A stretch of DNA of 64,000 nucleotides from a virus (Duplodnaviria; Caudoviricetes), in the IMG/VR virus record IMGVR_UViG_3300027766_000001. One strand, given 5' to 3'. A program made the translations under genes and the position numbers. The notes under the pieces were generated by a model that did no database searches, had not been told where the DNA came from, and saw nothing but the letters and a program-made list of their open reading frames with translations. Positions 27,081-36,027 of the stretch are shown piece by piece. Position 1 is the first letter of the stretch; every line of letters begins with the position of its first letter.

Positions 27081-28229
27081 ATGGATAATAAATATCTAAC
27101 CCTGGGTCACCATATCCTGAAAGAAGGCCGTTCCCGTGGCGATCGGACAGGTACTGGTACCAAAAGCATCCGTAGTGCTAAGTTGGTGTTTGACATGCGT
27201 GAGGGATTCCCCTTACCTACAACTAAAAAAGTGAATTTAGAGTCGGTGTTTCGCGAACTGAAATGGATTCTGCTGGGTCGCACCGATGTGCAGTATTTGG
27301 ATCAGTTTAAATGTGGGTTCATCTGGCGAGCCTGGTCACTAACCGAGCCGGTGTTGCGCAAGCAACACCTCACTGGTTACGATCGGGTGTGTTGGCTGCG
27401 TGAAAACAAACCCGAAGCCTATGCAGAATGGGTTGAAGGTAAGTACGAACAAAAAGCAGAAGAGGCCGGTAAAGCCTTCATGCTCCAGCACCATGTCCCC
27501 ACTGAAGTTGATGTTGTTGCAATACCCGAAGGCGAAACCAATGCGCCGTACGGTCCGAGAATGCGTGCCTGGAAAGGCCGCGATGGCACCACGGTTGATC
27601 AGGTGGAATACACCTTGGATCTCCTGCGTCATAATCCGGAAAGCCGTCGCATTATGATTAGCCTCTGGGATCCGGTAGACATGCCAGATGAATCAATCTC
27701 TCCGCAAGATAACGTGCGCAATGGCAAACCTTGCCTGACGCCGTGTCACTGGGCGATTGAGTTCTACACCGATGAACTGACCCATGTTGAACGTGTTCAG
27801 TGGCTGGTTGACAACAACCCGCATATCTGGGACAAGTGGGTCAAAGAAAACGGTGATGAGCATCAGCTGGATGCTTTCCTGGATCAGCACGACGTACCAA
27901 CCCGTTATCTCGATCTGAAGTGGCACCAACGTTCTGTGGACTTCTGTGTGGGTCTTCCGTACAACATCGCCAGCTACGGTCTCATGCTGCTGATGTACGC
28001 GAAAACCCTGAACATGATTCCACGTGAGTTGGAGTTCGATGGGACGAACGTACACGTGTACAAAAATCACGTCGAAGGTCTGGTTCAGCAATTCTCTCGC
28101 ACGCCGCGTGAACTTCCAATTGTGGAGATCGTCAACAAACACGATCGCCTGGAAGATTACGAGTGGGAAGACATTGCCGTGGCCGCGTACGATCCGCACC
28201 CGTTCATCAAGTTCGATGTAGCTGTTTAA
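27081..28229 (+). CDS. thyA: Thymidylate synthase with two insertions
   Basis: DRTGTGT, FPLPTTKK, SRR, catalytic PCH, QRSVDFCVGLPYNIASY (Asn = dUMP specificity), HVYKNH, IKFDVAV terminus. Confidence 0.95.
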   Translation: MDNKYLTLGHHILKEGRSRGDRTGTGTKSIRSAKLVFDMREGFPLPTTKKVNLESVFRELKWILLGRTDVQYLDQFKCGFIWRAWSLTEPVLRKQHLTGYDRVCWLRENKPEAYAEWVEGKYEQKAEEAGKAFMLQHHVPTEVDVVAIPEGETNAPYGPRMRAWKGRDGTTVDQVEYTLDLLRHNPESRRIMISLWDPVDMPDESISPQDNVRNGKPCLTPCHWAIEFYTDELTHVERVQWLVDNNPHIWDKWVKENGDEHQLDAFLDQHDVPTRYLDLKWHQRSVDFCVGLPYNIASYGLMLLMYAKTLNMIPRELEFDGTNVHVYKNHVEGLVQQFSRTPRELPIVEIVNKHDRLEDYEWEDIAVAAYDPHPFIKFDVAV

Positions 28230-28237
28230 CCTGACTG

Positions 28238-28270
28238 GCAGAGGCGTCGAAAGGCGTCTCTGCTTTTATG
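28238..28270 (+). terminator. Intrinsic terminator
   Basis: GCAGAGGCGTC-GAAA-GGCGTCTCTGC-TTTTATG. Confidence 0.75.
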
Positions 28271-28284
28271 AGGATTTTACCTGT

Positions 28285-28857
28285 ATGAATAATCAAATAC
28301 CTGATGTAAAGGACGACCATCTGGTTTTCTCGCCCGTTGTCAGGGAGAAGATCAAACGGCTGCTTGTCCTGCTGTGTGAGCAAGATATGACCGTTAATGA
28401 ACGTTTTGGTATCTTAAACCAGGGTGTAGAAAGTGGCCTGGATAACATGCTGCGCCGTTACGGACCTAAACCTCCTACACCGCAGGAAGTGTCGAAAACA
28501 CACCTGAGTAACCCCCAGGTAGGTGATCGCTGGATCAGCAGGGGTAATACCCAATTGGCACTCCTTATCTATCACGTGACCAATGAGAACGACTTCATTG
28601 CCTGGGTGTGGGATGATGCGCCGCGTTTTGTACGTATGGACCGCGAGTATTTAGCCTGGCAGGTACATGTGTGTCCAAGCAAGACACAAGACGGACCGGT
28701 CGATTTTGATACTCTTCCAATATCACACTTCTCGCATATGTGTCAGCCAGACACTATAACTGACTACAGCGCAGAGTTATTCAAAGAGCTCTCCAAGAGA
28801 GCACAGGAAAATGTAGCGGAAGATGTCCGTGCTAATAAGGAGCCCGTCAATGGATAA
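28285..28857 (+). CDS. Hypothetical protein (NPxVGDxW family)
   Basis: GAGGA SD; LSNPQVGDRW motif. Confidence 0.75.
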   Translation: MNNQIPDVKDDHLVFSPVVREKIKRLLVLLCEQDMTVNERFGILNQGVESGLDNMLRRYGPKPPTPQEVSKTHLSNPQVGDRWISRGNTQLALLIYHVTNENDFIAWVWDDAPRFVRMDREYLAWQVHVCPSKTQDGPVDFDTLPISHFSHMCQPDTITDYSAELFKELSKRAQENVAEDVRANKEPVNG

Positions 28858-29389
28858 GCAACCTGATACCTCAGTGTTCACACTGAGTGCTGAAAACCAA
28901 CAACGTCTTGAGAAGCTGCAGATTAATCTGGCGGCATTGAACAAACCGTCTGTTGATATTAATGAGATCGTTAACGACGGGTTAGGTAAAACCTTAGCCA
29001 GACTGCTGGCTGAGAACAAACATCCCACTGAAACACAGGAGTACCTCAACCAGGATCGGTTACACAATCCGCGTGTGGGGGATTCCTGGGCTGAACGTTG
29101 TATCGGCTATCTGACAGTCATGCATGTCCACAACAGCGACGATGTCGTGGTATATACCTTTGTGAAGTTCGGTGATCATGACAAAGGTGTGTACCGCATC
29201 AACCGTAACTGGCTGGCGCGCATGGTGTTGTATGCGAACAAAATCCCGACTGACCGCCCGCTTAAGAACTCTGACTTCTGTGCGGACCTCACCTGGTATG
29301 ACGGAAAGCATATCGCTGAAGCAACGGAATGGTATAGTCAGTTGGACAAAACTTTGATTGTGGACCTCCGCAACGAAGTGCCAGCGTAG
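28850..29389 (+). CDS. Hypothetical protein (NPxVGDxW family), RHH-like N-terminus
   Basis: AAGGAG SD before ATG 28850; LHNPRVGDSW motif. Confidence 0.75.
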   Translation: MDKQPDTSVFTLSAENQQRLEKLQINLAALNKPSVDINEIVNDGLGKTLARLLAENKHPTETQEYLNQDRLHNPRVGDSWAERCIGYLTVMHVHNSDDVVVYTFVKFGDHDKGVYRINRNWLARMVLYANKIPTDRPLKNSDFCADLTWYDGKHIAEATEWYSQLDKTLIVDLRNEVPA

Positions 29390-29452
29390 ACAAATAACAG
29401 CGGGGCGTTGCCGCCTCGCTTTATTTTTTGTTACGTTTACGGTTACGGTATT

Positions 29453-29770
29453 ATGCTACCTACAACAGTGATCCCAGAAGTGTGCACTCTTATTCAATCG
29501 CTTGAAGCACACCCCACGGTTCCTTGCTCGACGCTTCGCATCACCGACAAGGCTAACCGACGTCACCTGCCTGACGATGCGCAAGACACTATAATCGAAT
29601 TACAGTACCTGCTTAATGAGCATTTTAATGATCAAGACACCGTCGATGCATTATTAAAATACTGTGCCGAGCAGGGGTTAACCTTAACTTGTACCCGGAC
29701 TAAAACCGACACCTGGGGGCTATGCACATTCTTTCTGGTTTTGACCAAGGGGAAAATCTGGTTTGGCTGA
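29453..29770 (+). CDS. Hypothetical protein, paralogue of 24804 gene
   Basis: Starts after terminator-like hairpin at about 29399-29428; ends DTWGLCTFFLVLTKGKIWFG. Confidence 0.65.
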   Translation: MLPTTVIPEVCTLIQSLEAHPTVPCSTLRITDKANRRHLPDDAQDTIIELQYLLNEHFNDQDTVDALLKYCAEQGLTLTCTRTKTDTWGLCTFFLVLTKGKIWFG

Positions 29771-30450
29771 TGAATGATATGTCTTTGTTACCTGAGGAAT
29801 GTCTCGTGAGTCGATCAATGTCCTGGTCTAAACTTGAAATGGGTTGGGTACTGGGCGCTTCCTTGGTGTTATCGGCCACAGCATGTTTCATGGCGGATTG
29901 GTTCTACTACGTAGCGACGCTATCCTTCGTGCTGCATTTCATTCTTCTGGGACGGGGCTGTTTGGTAGGTTTCTTATTCGGCGGCTTTGCGGTTGCCTTT
30001 TACGGGATCTACTGTTCTCGTCTGGGGATGGCCGTTCACCTCTGGGAGCAAGGGCTGTTTTTGGTAGTTAACTTACTGGGTGCTTTTGTTTGGCGGTATG
30101 AGTTCGCTTTTCAACGCCCCCAATCCCCACAATCACTTCCCTTTTGGCAAGATTTGGCTATTACTGCCGGGCTACTGTTAGGCACCGGGTTAGTTGTCCA
30201 CAATCTCTTAGCCACAGGCGATATAGCGGAAACGTTGCGTAGCCTTACCTTGATTGGAGGGAGCATCGGTACGCTGTTGATAATCTTAGGGTTCCGTGAG
30301 CAGTGGCTAGTCTGGATCCAGGTCTGCATCATTGCAGTCATCTTGTGGGTCGTCTACTATCTGCAAAATGGCCACGGAATACCAGGAGTGATCGCTTGGT
30401 TGGTTTCTTTGGTTAGTGTCATCATTTGCCACTATACACACAGAAAGTAA
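29770..30450 (+). CDS. pnuC: PnuC-like vitamin/nucleoside transporter
   Basis: About 7 TM helices; G..Y...LWEQ..F...G.F.W and REQWLVWI motifs of the PnuC family. Confidence 0.7.
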   Translation: MNDMSLLPEECLVSRSMSWSKLEMGWVLGASLVLSATACFMADWFYYVATLSFVLHFILLGRGCLVGFLFGGFAVAFYGIYCSRLGMAVHLWEQGLFLVVNLLGAFVWRYEFAFQRPQSPQSLPFWQDLAITAGLLLGTGLVVHNLLATGDIAETLRSLTLIGGSIGTLLIILGFREQWLVWIQVCIIAVILWVVYYLQNGHGIPGVIAWLVSLVSVIICHYTHRK

Positions 30451-30456
30451 ATAACT

Positions 30457-30491
30457 GGGCGGGTGGGTAAAACCATCCGCCTTTTATGCCG
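30457..30491 (+). terminator. Intrinsic terminator with TTATGCCG tail
   Basis: GGCGGGTGG-GTAAAA-CCATCCGCC-TTTTATGCCG. Confidence 0.8.
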
Positions 30492-30508
30492 GTTTGATCT
30501 GCAGATGG

Positions 30509-30533
30509 TTTCAGACCTATATCACCCGGATGT
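30509..30533 (+). promoter_or_regulatory. Putative phage early promoter
   Basis: TTTCA-gac-CTATATCAC-ccgg-ATGT. Confidence 0.7.
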
Positions 30534-30564
30534 AATTCTAACCCTTACTTGTGAGATATAAACG

Positions 30565-30861
30565 ATGTCAAAGAACTACGAAGAAATGATTGATGCACGC
30601 CTGGAAGATCTGGAACGTTTAGCGGCTCGTACGTTACACAACCAGAATCTGGCGACTATGGCGCTGATGGGTGCGGAAACACTCCGTGCTAAAGCTCTGA
30701 CGTTCCCAGAAGGTAATGGTCAGCGTGAGATGTATCGCATGCTCGGTGCTGCTGCAACCATCCAGGCACGCAACCTGCAACAAGAAACCGATCGTATTCG
30801 CAAATCCAGCCAGATCGCCATTCTGAACTTCAATCTGGATTTCCCTTCTCATCGCATCTAA
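30565..30861 (+). CDS. Small helical early protein
   Basis: First gene after promoter; RLEDLERL motif. Confidence 0.75.
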   Translation: MSKNYEEMIDARLEDLERLAARTLHNQNLATMALMGAETLRAKALTFPEGNGQREMYRMLGAAATIQARNLQQETDRIRKSSQIAILNFNLDFPSHRI

Positions 30862-30884
30862 CGCCTTAACCTGTGGAGAGCATT

Positions 30885-31187
30885 ATGTCAGCTAATGATA
30901 AGAATTCGATCATGTCTAGACATGAAGACATTGAAAGACTGGTGAGGTTATCAACTTTGCACTATACCAAGGCGGGGGAGTTTTATCGTGAGGCGCAAGA
31001 GTGCACACGTAAACAAATGGCACTGCCGCCCTACGATCCTCGGCATGACTTTATTGAACAAGCCCATCACGAGGCTAAACAAAAAGGCGACGATCACTTA
31101 AGAGAAGCTGCAGAGATGGATAGCCGCATCAAAAGAGCAAGGGAATGTTTCAAAGCTGACTTCTCACCACAAGGCGGTAGCCAGTGA
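30885..31187 (+). CDS. Small helical early protein, probable paralogue of upstream gene
   Basis: GGAG SD; RHEDIERL motif. Confidence 0.7.
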   Translation: MSANDKNSIMSRHEDIERLVRLSTLHYTKAGEFYREAQECTRKQMALPPYDPRHDFIEQAHHEAKQKGDDHLREAAEMDSRIKRARECFKADFSPQGGSQ

Positions 31188-31190
31188 TAT

Positions 31191-31221
31191 AAAGGAAGGG
31201 GCTTCGGCCCTTTCTTTTTTG
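31191..31221 (+). terminator. Intrinsic terminator with UUCG loop
   Basis: AAAGGAAGGGGC-TTCG-GCCCTTTCTTT-TTT. Confidence 0.8.
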
Positions 31222-31283
31222 TTTTATGATAAATAGTCAACCTATGGGTATATAGGTGTTATGACGATTTATAAGGAGAGATC

Positions 31284-31745
31284 ATGGAACAGAAACTGGC
31301 GTTGTATCAAGTGCAGTGGAGCGCAGCAGATATAGGTCGTGCTTTTGGTTACCGGGCGGTGCCGGGGTCTAATTTGTTGTGTCATTATTTTTTAGGCGCT
31401 GACAAAGAAAACATCGGACGATTTAATTATTTTGGTTTGGTTGTTGTTCCGCAAGGAATGCATCCGCAAAGTGTATTAGAGGCCGAGTTCCTTAACGTAA
31501 AAATAACCGAATGCAGAAAAGCAAAACAGTTAGCCGATACCGCGATTGGTCAACACCCTAATTGGAACTATGATTGGGGTGGTGAGCGGCTGCGTTACTT
31601 TGCAGCTACCGGCGGTGTTTACAACGCACCTATCATTGAACACTACGACTTCCACGGTCGAGAACTACTTGACGAGAAGTATGGATGGACTCACGAAGAT
31701 AAGTGGAAGTGCACCACACTCACTGAGCTGTTCAATCTTTCCTAA
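31284..31745 (+). CDS. Hypothetical protein
   Basis: AAGGAG SD. Confidence 0.75.
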   Translation: MEQKLALYQVQWSAADIGRAFGYRAVPGSNLLCHYFLGADKENIGRFNYFGLVVVPQGMHPQSVLEAEFLNVKITECRKAKQLADTAIGQHPNWNYDWGGERLRYFAATGGVYNAPIIEHYDFHGRELLDEKYGWTHEDKWKCTTLTELFNLS

Positions 31746-31763
31746 TCTCACACTTGCAGTTAT

Positions 31764-31788
31764 TTTCACGCCTACATTACTAATGTGT
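31764..31788 (+). promoter_or_regulatory. Putative phage early promoter
   Basis: TTTCA-cgc-CTACATTAC-taat-GTGT. Confidence 0.75.
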
Positions 31789-31833
31789 GTGATCACCTTA
31801 AACCCTTAAACCTAAACCCGTAGGAACACCATC

Positions 31834-32436
31834 ATGTTAAAGAATCCTTTAGCTAGCTCTTATAATGACGACGCACCAAGAAAAGCCGGCGCCATTGAAA
31901 ACTTCGTGCGTAAAGCCATTGACCCTAACTATGCGGTTACTCGTCAGTGCGAAAAAATAAGAGAGGTTGTAGCACAAACTCTGATCGATGCTGCTAATGT
32001 CATCGGCCTGTCTTATGTCGAGATCTCCAAACACGGTGATCTCAAACCCAATGCAGTGGATGATTTCCTGGTAAACGGTACACATGAGGAAGTGGATTTA
32101 AAAAATGGCACCATTAGCATCCGCGCTTTCGTTCGCCAACCGGGCTTATTGATGTTGACTGTCTGTCAATCCGATAAAACGACTCCACAGGAAGAACAGC
32201 GTCCCTTCCAGCGCAGCAATGGGTTAGACATGCGTCACCTTCTCGATGTCCCGCCGACCCCGAGTCATGCGTCTATGTACTGCAGCGCAGACATTGTGAC
32301 ACATGATGCAACGAGGCCATTGTCACTCGCGATCTTAGACATTCTTCGCATCTTTTCTCTCGAAAACAACCTTACGTTGCTGACAGAGCTTGACGTGACC
32401 AGCACCGTAACTTATGTGTTCATCGATAAAGCATAA
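31834..32436 (+). CDS. Hypothetical early protein
   Basis: AGGA SD. Confidence 0.75.
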   Translation: MLKNPLASSYNDDAPRKAGAIENFVRKAIDPNYAVTRQCEKIREVVAQTLIDAANVIGLSYVEISKHGDLKPNAVDDFLVNGTHEEVDLKNGTISIRAFVRQPGLLMLTVCQSDKTTPQEEQRPFQRSNGLDMRHLLDVPPTPSHASMYCSADIVTHDATRPLSLAILDILRIFSLENNLTLLTELDVTSTVTYVFIDKA

Positions 32437-32447
32437 GGTTGTGATGC

Positions 32448-32711
32448 ATGGACAAAGAAACCAATCAACACGTTGGCGTGTCGGTTAAGTTCCCCACACT
32501 CCCTCGTAAAGACAAGACGCTCATGACTGCACATGAGTTTGAAGAACTGTTACGTCTCTCCGGTGAGACTAACCGTTCTCGTCTTATTCATCAGGCATTG
32601 CATCATTATCGTGATGTGGTGCGTCAGCAACTCATTGAAGAACAAGAAAACCTCGGTAAGCGCATTGCAGAGTTCAATGCCGTCTTTCCGTCTGATAAGG
32701 AACCATCATGA
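32448..32711 (+). CDS. Possible ribbon-helix-helix DNA-binding protein
   Basis: VSVKF strand, EFEELLRLSGETNRSRLIHQAL helix pair. Confidence 0.5.
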   Translation: MDKETNQHVGVSVKFPTLPRKDKTLMTAHEFEELLRLSGETNRSRLIHQALHHYRDVVRQQLIEEQENLGKRIAEFNAVFPSDKEPS

Positions 32712-33454
32712 GCGAAACAAAATCCCTGGGTGGCGAAGCGATCCTGGTGTACCGCAAACATAACTTCCGTCGACTGCTGGAGCCGTATCTGCCAGAAAGC
32801 GTGATCAATAAAGCACTGGCGCAGTATGCGTTAAATGACGCGGCGCATCTGGAAGACCATGCCATTGCGGTGGTCATCCATGCGGATGAAATCATCAAGC
32901 GTTTTCCGGAACTGAAACCGTGGCGTCATGTAATTCTGGTGGGTGCGTTACTGCATGACACCAAATGTCATGTTAGTCGGGATAAGCATCACATCCTGGG
33001 AGCATTGGCGGTGTATCGTGAATTCCTCTGTGCCAGCCCAGTCAGTCGTAATGCGTTTACGTACGATGAAGTTACCATGGTTGAAGAGTGTGTGTTAGAG
33101 CACCGTGCCTCCTGGAAGCACAAACGCTCTCACGACGCCTCTGAGGCTGTGGCGGCAGCAGACAGGGGTAAGCCTGACTTGTACGGTTACATGCGCCGTG
33201 CGGTGCGTTTCCGTTACGCTCAGCTGGAACAGGGTACGGTGGTCACGGAAGACACCAAGCGCACTATTATTACCGACTCCATCACCCACATGCGGGAAAA
33301 GTTCGGGGTTAGTGGTTACGCCTGGGACAGCATGCCCAAGTACACCCTGCTGATGTATGAAGCGGAGATCGAAGAAATGAAATCGGCTGTGTCGTATCCC
33401 AACAGTCATCTGGTTACTGTGGCGCTTGAGCGCTTTGATGAGTGGGTGTCATAA
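32708..33454 (+). CDS. HD-domain metal-dependent phosphohydrolase
   Basis: H (EDH)...ALLHD...EH...AAD residues of the HD superfamily. Confidence 0.85.
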   Translation: MSETKSLGGEAILVYRKHNFRRLLEPYLPESVINKALAQYALNDAAHLEDHAIAVVIHADEIIKRFPELKPWRHVILVGALLHDTKCHVSRDKHHILGALAVYREFLCASPVSRNAFTYDEVTMVEECVLEHRASWKHKRSHDASEAVAAADRGKPDLYGYMRRAVRFRYAQLEQGTVVTEDTKRTIITDSITHMREKFGVSGYAWDSMPKYTLLMYEAEIEEMKSAVSYPNSHLVTVALERFDEWVS

Positions 33455-33515
33455 CCACTATACCTTAAATGGCCAGGGAGTCCTGGCTTCTTTGCTTAAC
33501 TTGTGAGGTCCTTTT

Positions 33516-33986
33516 ATGTCTACTATGAGCCCATCCGTACAATCTATCTTTAAGTTCAAGCACCCGAGTCTGTTAGGTTATGACCCGGATCGTGAGAACA
33601 TCAAGGTGGAACGCTTTAACTTAAAGTTGGAACGTGCTCCGGCTAATGTCAAGAACGCGCCGTATGTCCAGGAACACCTGGTGGCGTTGTTGAACCGGCT
33701 GGAGTTACGGGGTGAAGTCATTAAGCAGGTAGTGATGTGTGATTGGACACTGAGCTGCCGCATGCCCGATGACATCGTAGGTGTATTGGCCAAGGGCGTG
33801 GATCGTATCGACCTGGAACACTATGTCTGGTACGGCCGTGCCGATGTCTGGCAGTCTGATTTACAGCTGGATGATTTAGTCGGGGAGTTGCATCGACGTC
33901 ACGGTACGGCTATTAAGCCACAGTACCTGATTGAGAAGTTTCTCCAATTAGAGTGTACGGTCGAAATCGTCATGCTCAACCCTTAA
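33516..33986 (+). CDS. Hypothetical protein
   Basis: GAGG SD after hairpin at about 33471-33494. Confidence 0.75.
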   Translation: MSTMSPSVQSIFKFKHPSLLGYDPDRENIKVERFNLKLERAPANVKNAPYVQEHLVALLNRLELRGEVIKQVVMCDWTLSCRMPDDIVGVLAKGVDRIDLEHYVWYGRADVWQSDLQLDDLVGELHRRHGTAIKPQYLIEKFLQLECTVEIVMLNP

Positions 33987-34001
33987 GTATTTTCGTACAA
34001 T

Positions 34002-34061
34002 CTCGTCTCTTCGTATAGAAGCCATTATTGGTTTTTAGCGAGCTAACGCTAACGAGACGAG
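34002..34061 (+). ncRNA. Candidate three-way-junction leader RNA
   Basis: CTCGTCTC/GAGACGAG closing GAAGCCA/TGGTTTT and TAGCG/CGCTA hairpins. Confidence 0.35.
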
Positions 34062-34096
34062 TTATATGACGATACCCTTTTAAGAGAACTCTTATC

Positions 34097-34639
34097 ATGA
34101 TTAACTACATTGTCACCACACTGCTAACGGTGTGTTTGATTCTTATGCTATTGATTCACATCGGGTATGCCAAGAACAACATCAAGCGAATGGAACACAT
34201 GAACTTGACGTACTTGTTCAGCATGCTCACCACCGCCCTCAACAGCATCAACTTGACGGTTGTTCCGTCGCAAAGTATCGCTGCTGGGAGTGATACCGAA
34301 GACATGGATCGATTGCGTAAGATCACCGATGGTGTAGCAACCTATTTGCAAGTCTGGCAGGCGACGTTAGATTACATGTTAACGGCGTCACGTTGTCCCA
34401 GGATGCAAATCAACATGTCGGTAAGTCATACGACCACGTTCTTAAGTGACATGGGTGAACAGGTGGCTTACGGGTTCCAGCTCACCATCAATACCAACGA
34501 AGTGGTGAACACCCTGCCGTTAGTGATTGACAGTGTAAACCTTGCTGCTGTGGAAGGCAAGATGATGTACCACTCGCAACAGCTCGAGCAGCTGGTGAAC
34601 GGATTCATGCGGGGCGGTGAAGGGGTTGTACTTGCATAA
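34097..34639 (+). CDS. Membrane-anchored hypothetical protein
   Basis: N-terminal hydrophobic helix. Confidence 0.75.
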   Translation: MINYIVTTLLTVCLILMLLIHIGYAKNNIKRMEHMNLTYLFSMLTTALNSINLTVVPSQSIAAGSDTEDMDRLRKITDGVATYLQVWQATLDYMLTASRCPRMQINMSVSHTTTFLSDMGEQVAYGFQLTINTNEVVNTLPLVIDSVNLAAVEGKMMYHSQQLEQLVNGFMRGGEGVVLA

Positions 34640-34724
34640 GGGTTTTTAGGTATCGTTGGGGCTACTTCTGCTGGGGCTCACGCCCTGGTAGAGGTAGTTT
34701 CTTTTTATGATAATGAGGTGAGAA

Positions 34725-35240
34725 ATGAGTGCAGCAGAGTGGGGGAAGGTCGCGGTATACGGTATCATCATTGCGGTGTTACTGTGGATCACCATCGGGC
34801 GTTATCGGGGTGACAACAAAACGGTGTTATTACCGCCGGGTCATGAATTGGTGTTAGAGCACCTGAACGACTCTTTCCGTAATGTCATCATCACCATGAC
34901 AAACCGCATCGAAGACCACTTCGAAACGGAGTACAGTGAAAACTATTACCTGTTTATGGAACAGGCTGCCGAGCACTTTCGTCTCGGCACCGATTATGTC
35001 AAGACACTGGAGATCTACAAGCGCGGCTATCCGGGCTGGGTCTATTACGTCCGCGACATTATTCAGCCGGAAGATGAAAACCAGGCCTGGGAAATTACCC
35101 TGCAAACGGGGTATGACCAACAGGAGAAGTACTACATCCCGTGGCACAACATGGCACACTGCATTGATACCTTGACGATACTGAACAAGAGCAATGCCCT
35201 GCTGGTAAGCCGGTTTGAGCACGCGTTAAGTAAAATCTGA
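34725..35240 (+). CDS. Membrane-anchored hypothetical protein
   Basis: GAGGTG SD; N-terminal TM helix. Confidence 0.75.
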   Translation: MSAAEWGKVAVYGIIIAVLLWITIGRYRGDNKTVLLPPGHELVLEHLNDSFRNVIITMTNRIEDHFETEYSENYYLFMEQAAEHFRLGTDYVKTLEIYKRGYPGWVYYVRDIIQPEDENQAWEITLQTGYDQQEKYYIPWHNMAHCIDTLTILNKSNALLVSRFEHALSKI

Positions 35241-35289
35241 CATCCGCGGTACATGGTTTGACTTTAACTATAAATAGCAGGTATGTGTA

Positions 35290-35616
35290 ATGACTTTAAG
35301 TGACAAGCACGACAGCGATAACATTGGTTCAACGGAACGTATTGGTGGCCGGGGTATCAAGCGTAAAAAGAGTAACCGGCTTTTGACGATCCTGTTGGTT
35401 TGCGCGATTGCTTACGTTCTCGGAATGTTCTTTATTTTCGATCATGCGGATGTAGGCAATCCACTTGATGCGTATGAAAAGACCAGCATCGATAACACCC
35501 CAAACTTTAACATCACTGAACCGCACACACGCTGTCAGTATGTCTACGACTCGGTGAACAAAACCATCACGCAAGCCAAAGGTTCTGAAGGCTGTGCGTT
35601 ACCGAGTTTCAACTAA
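35290..35616 (+). CDS. Single-pass membrane protein
   Basis: Basic stretch then TM helix, C-terminal Cys pair. Confidence 0.75.
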   Translation: MTLSDKHDSDNIGSTERIGGRGIKRKKSNRLLTILLVCAIAYVLGMFFIFDHADVGNPLDAYEKTSIDNTPNFNITEPHTRCQYVYDSVNKTITQAKGSEGCALPSFN

Positions 35617-35637
35617 CCTTTACTTGTAGGAAAACGT

Positions 35638-35991
35638 ATGCACCTTGAAGATGTAATTTCCGTTGACGTTGCCGGTAAGACGTATCACTTCACCCGTCTT
35701 GAATCCCCGTTGAAAGAAATGCAAACCGGGAAGCTCGTCATCATGTATGTGTCTAAGCGCAAACGCTGCATTGAGAAAGTGTGGATGTGTGATGCTGAGA
35801 TTGACTACGACCTGCAGGGTCACATGGAAAACATCCTGGTAAGCCCACGCACCAAATGGTTTACCAAAGATTATGCCATGACGCGTATCGGACATATCGA
35901 TGAACGTTCGGTCACGATCACTGGCCCGGATAAGAAAAGCCTCAGTATGAGCATCATGGGTGACACGCTGTATACCCAAAAGCACCATTAA
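35638..35991 (+). CDS. Hypothetical protein
   Basis: AGGA SD. Confidence 0.75.
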   Translation: MHLEDVISVDVAGKTYHFTRLESPLKEMQTGKLVIMYVSKRKRCIEKVWMCDAEIDYDLQGHMENILVSPRTKWFTKDYAMTRIGHIDERSVTITGPDKKSLSMSIMGDTLYTQKHH

Positions 35992-36027
35992 CCTTTAACC
36001 CTTACTTGTTTGTACTCAGGAGACATT

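Noticed and set aside
27081-28229. ThyA homologue as a dCMP hydroxymethylase for modified DNA
   Set aside because: Has Asn in GLPYN (dUMP-specific) rather than Asp; no glycosyltransferase or base-modification genes nearby
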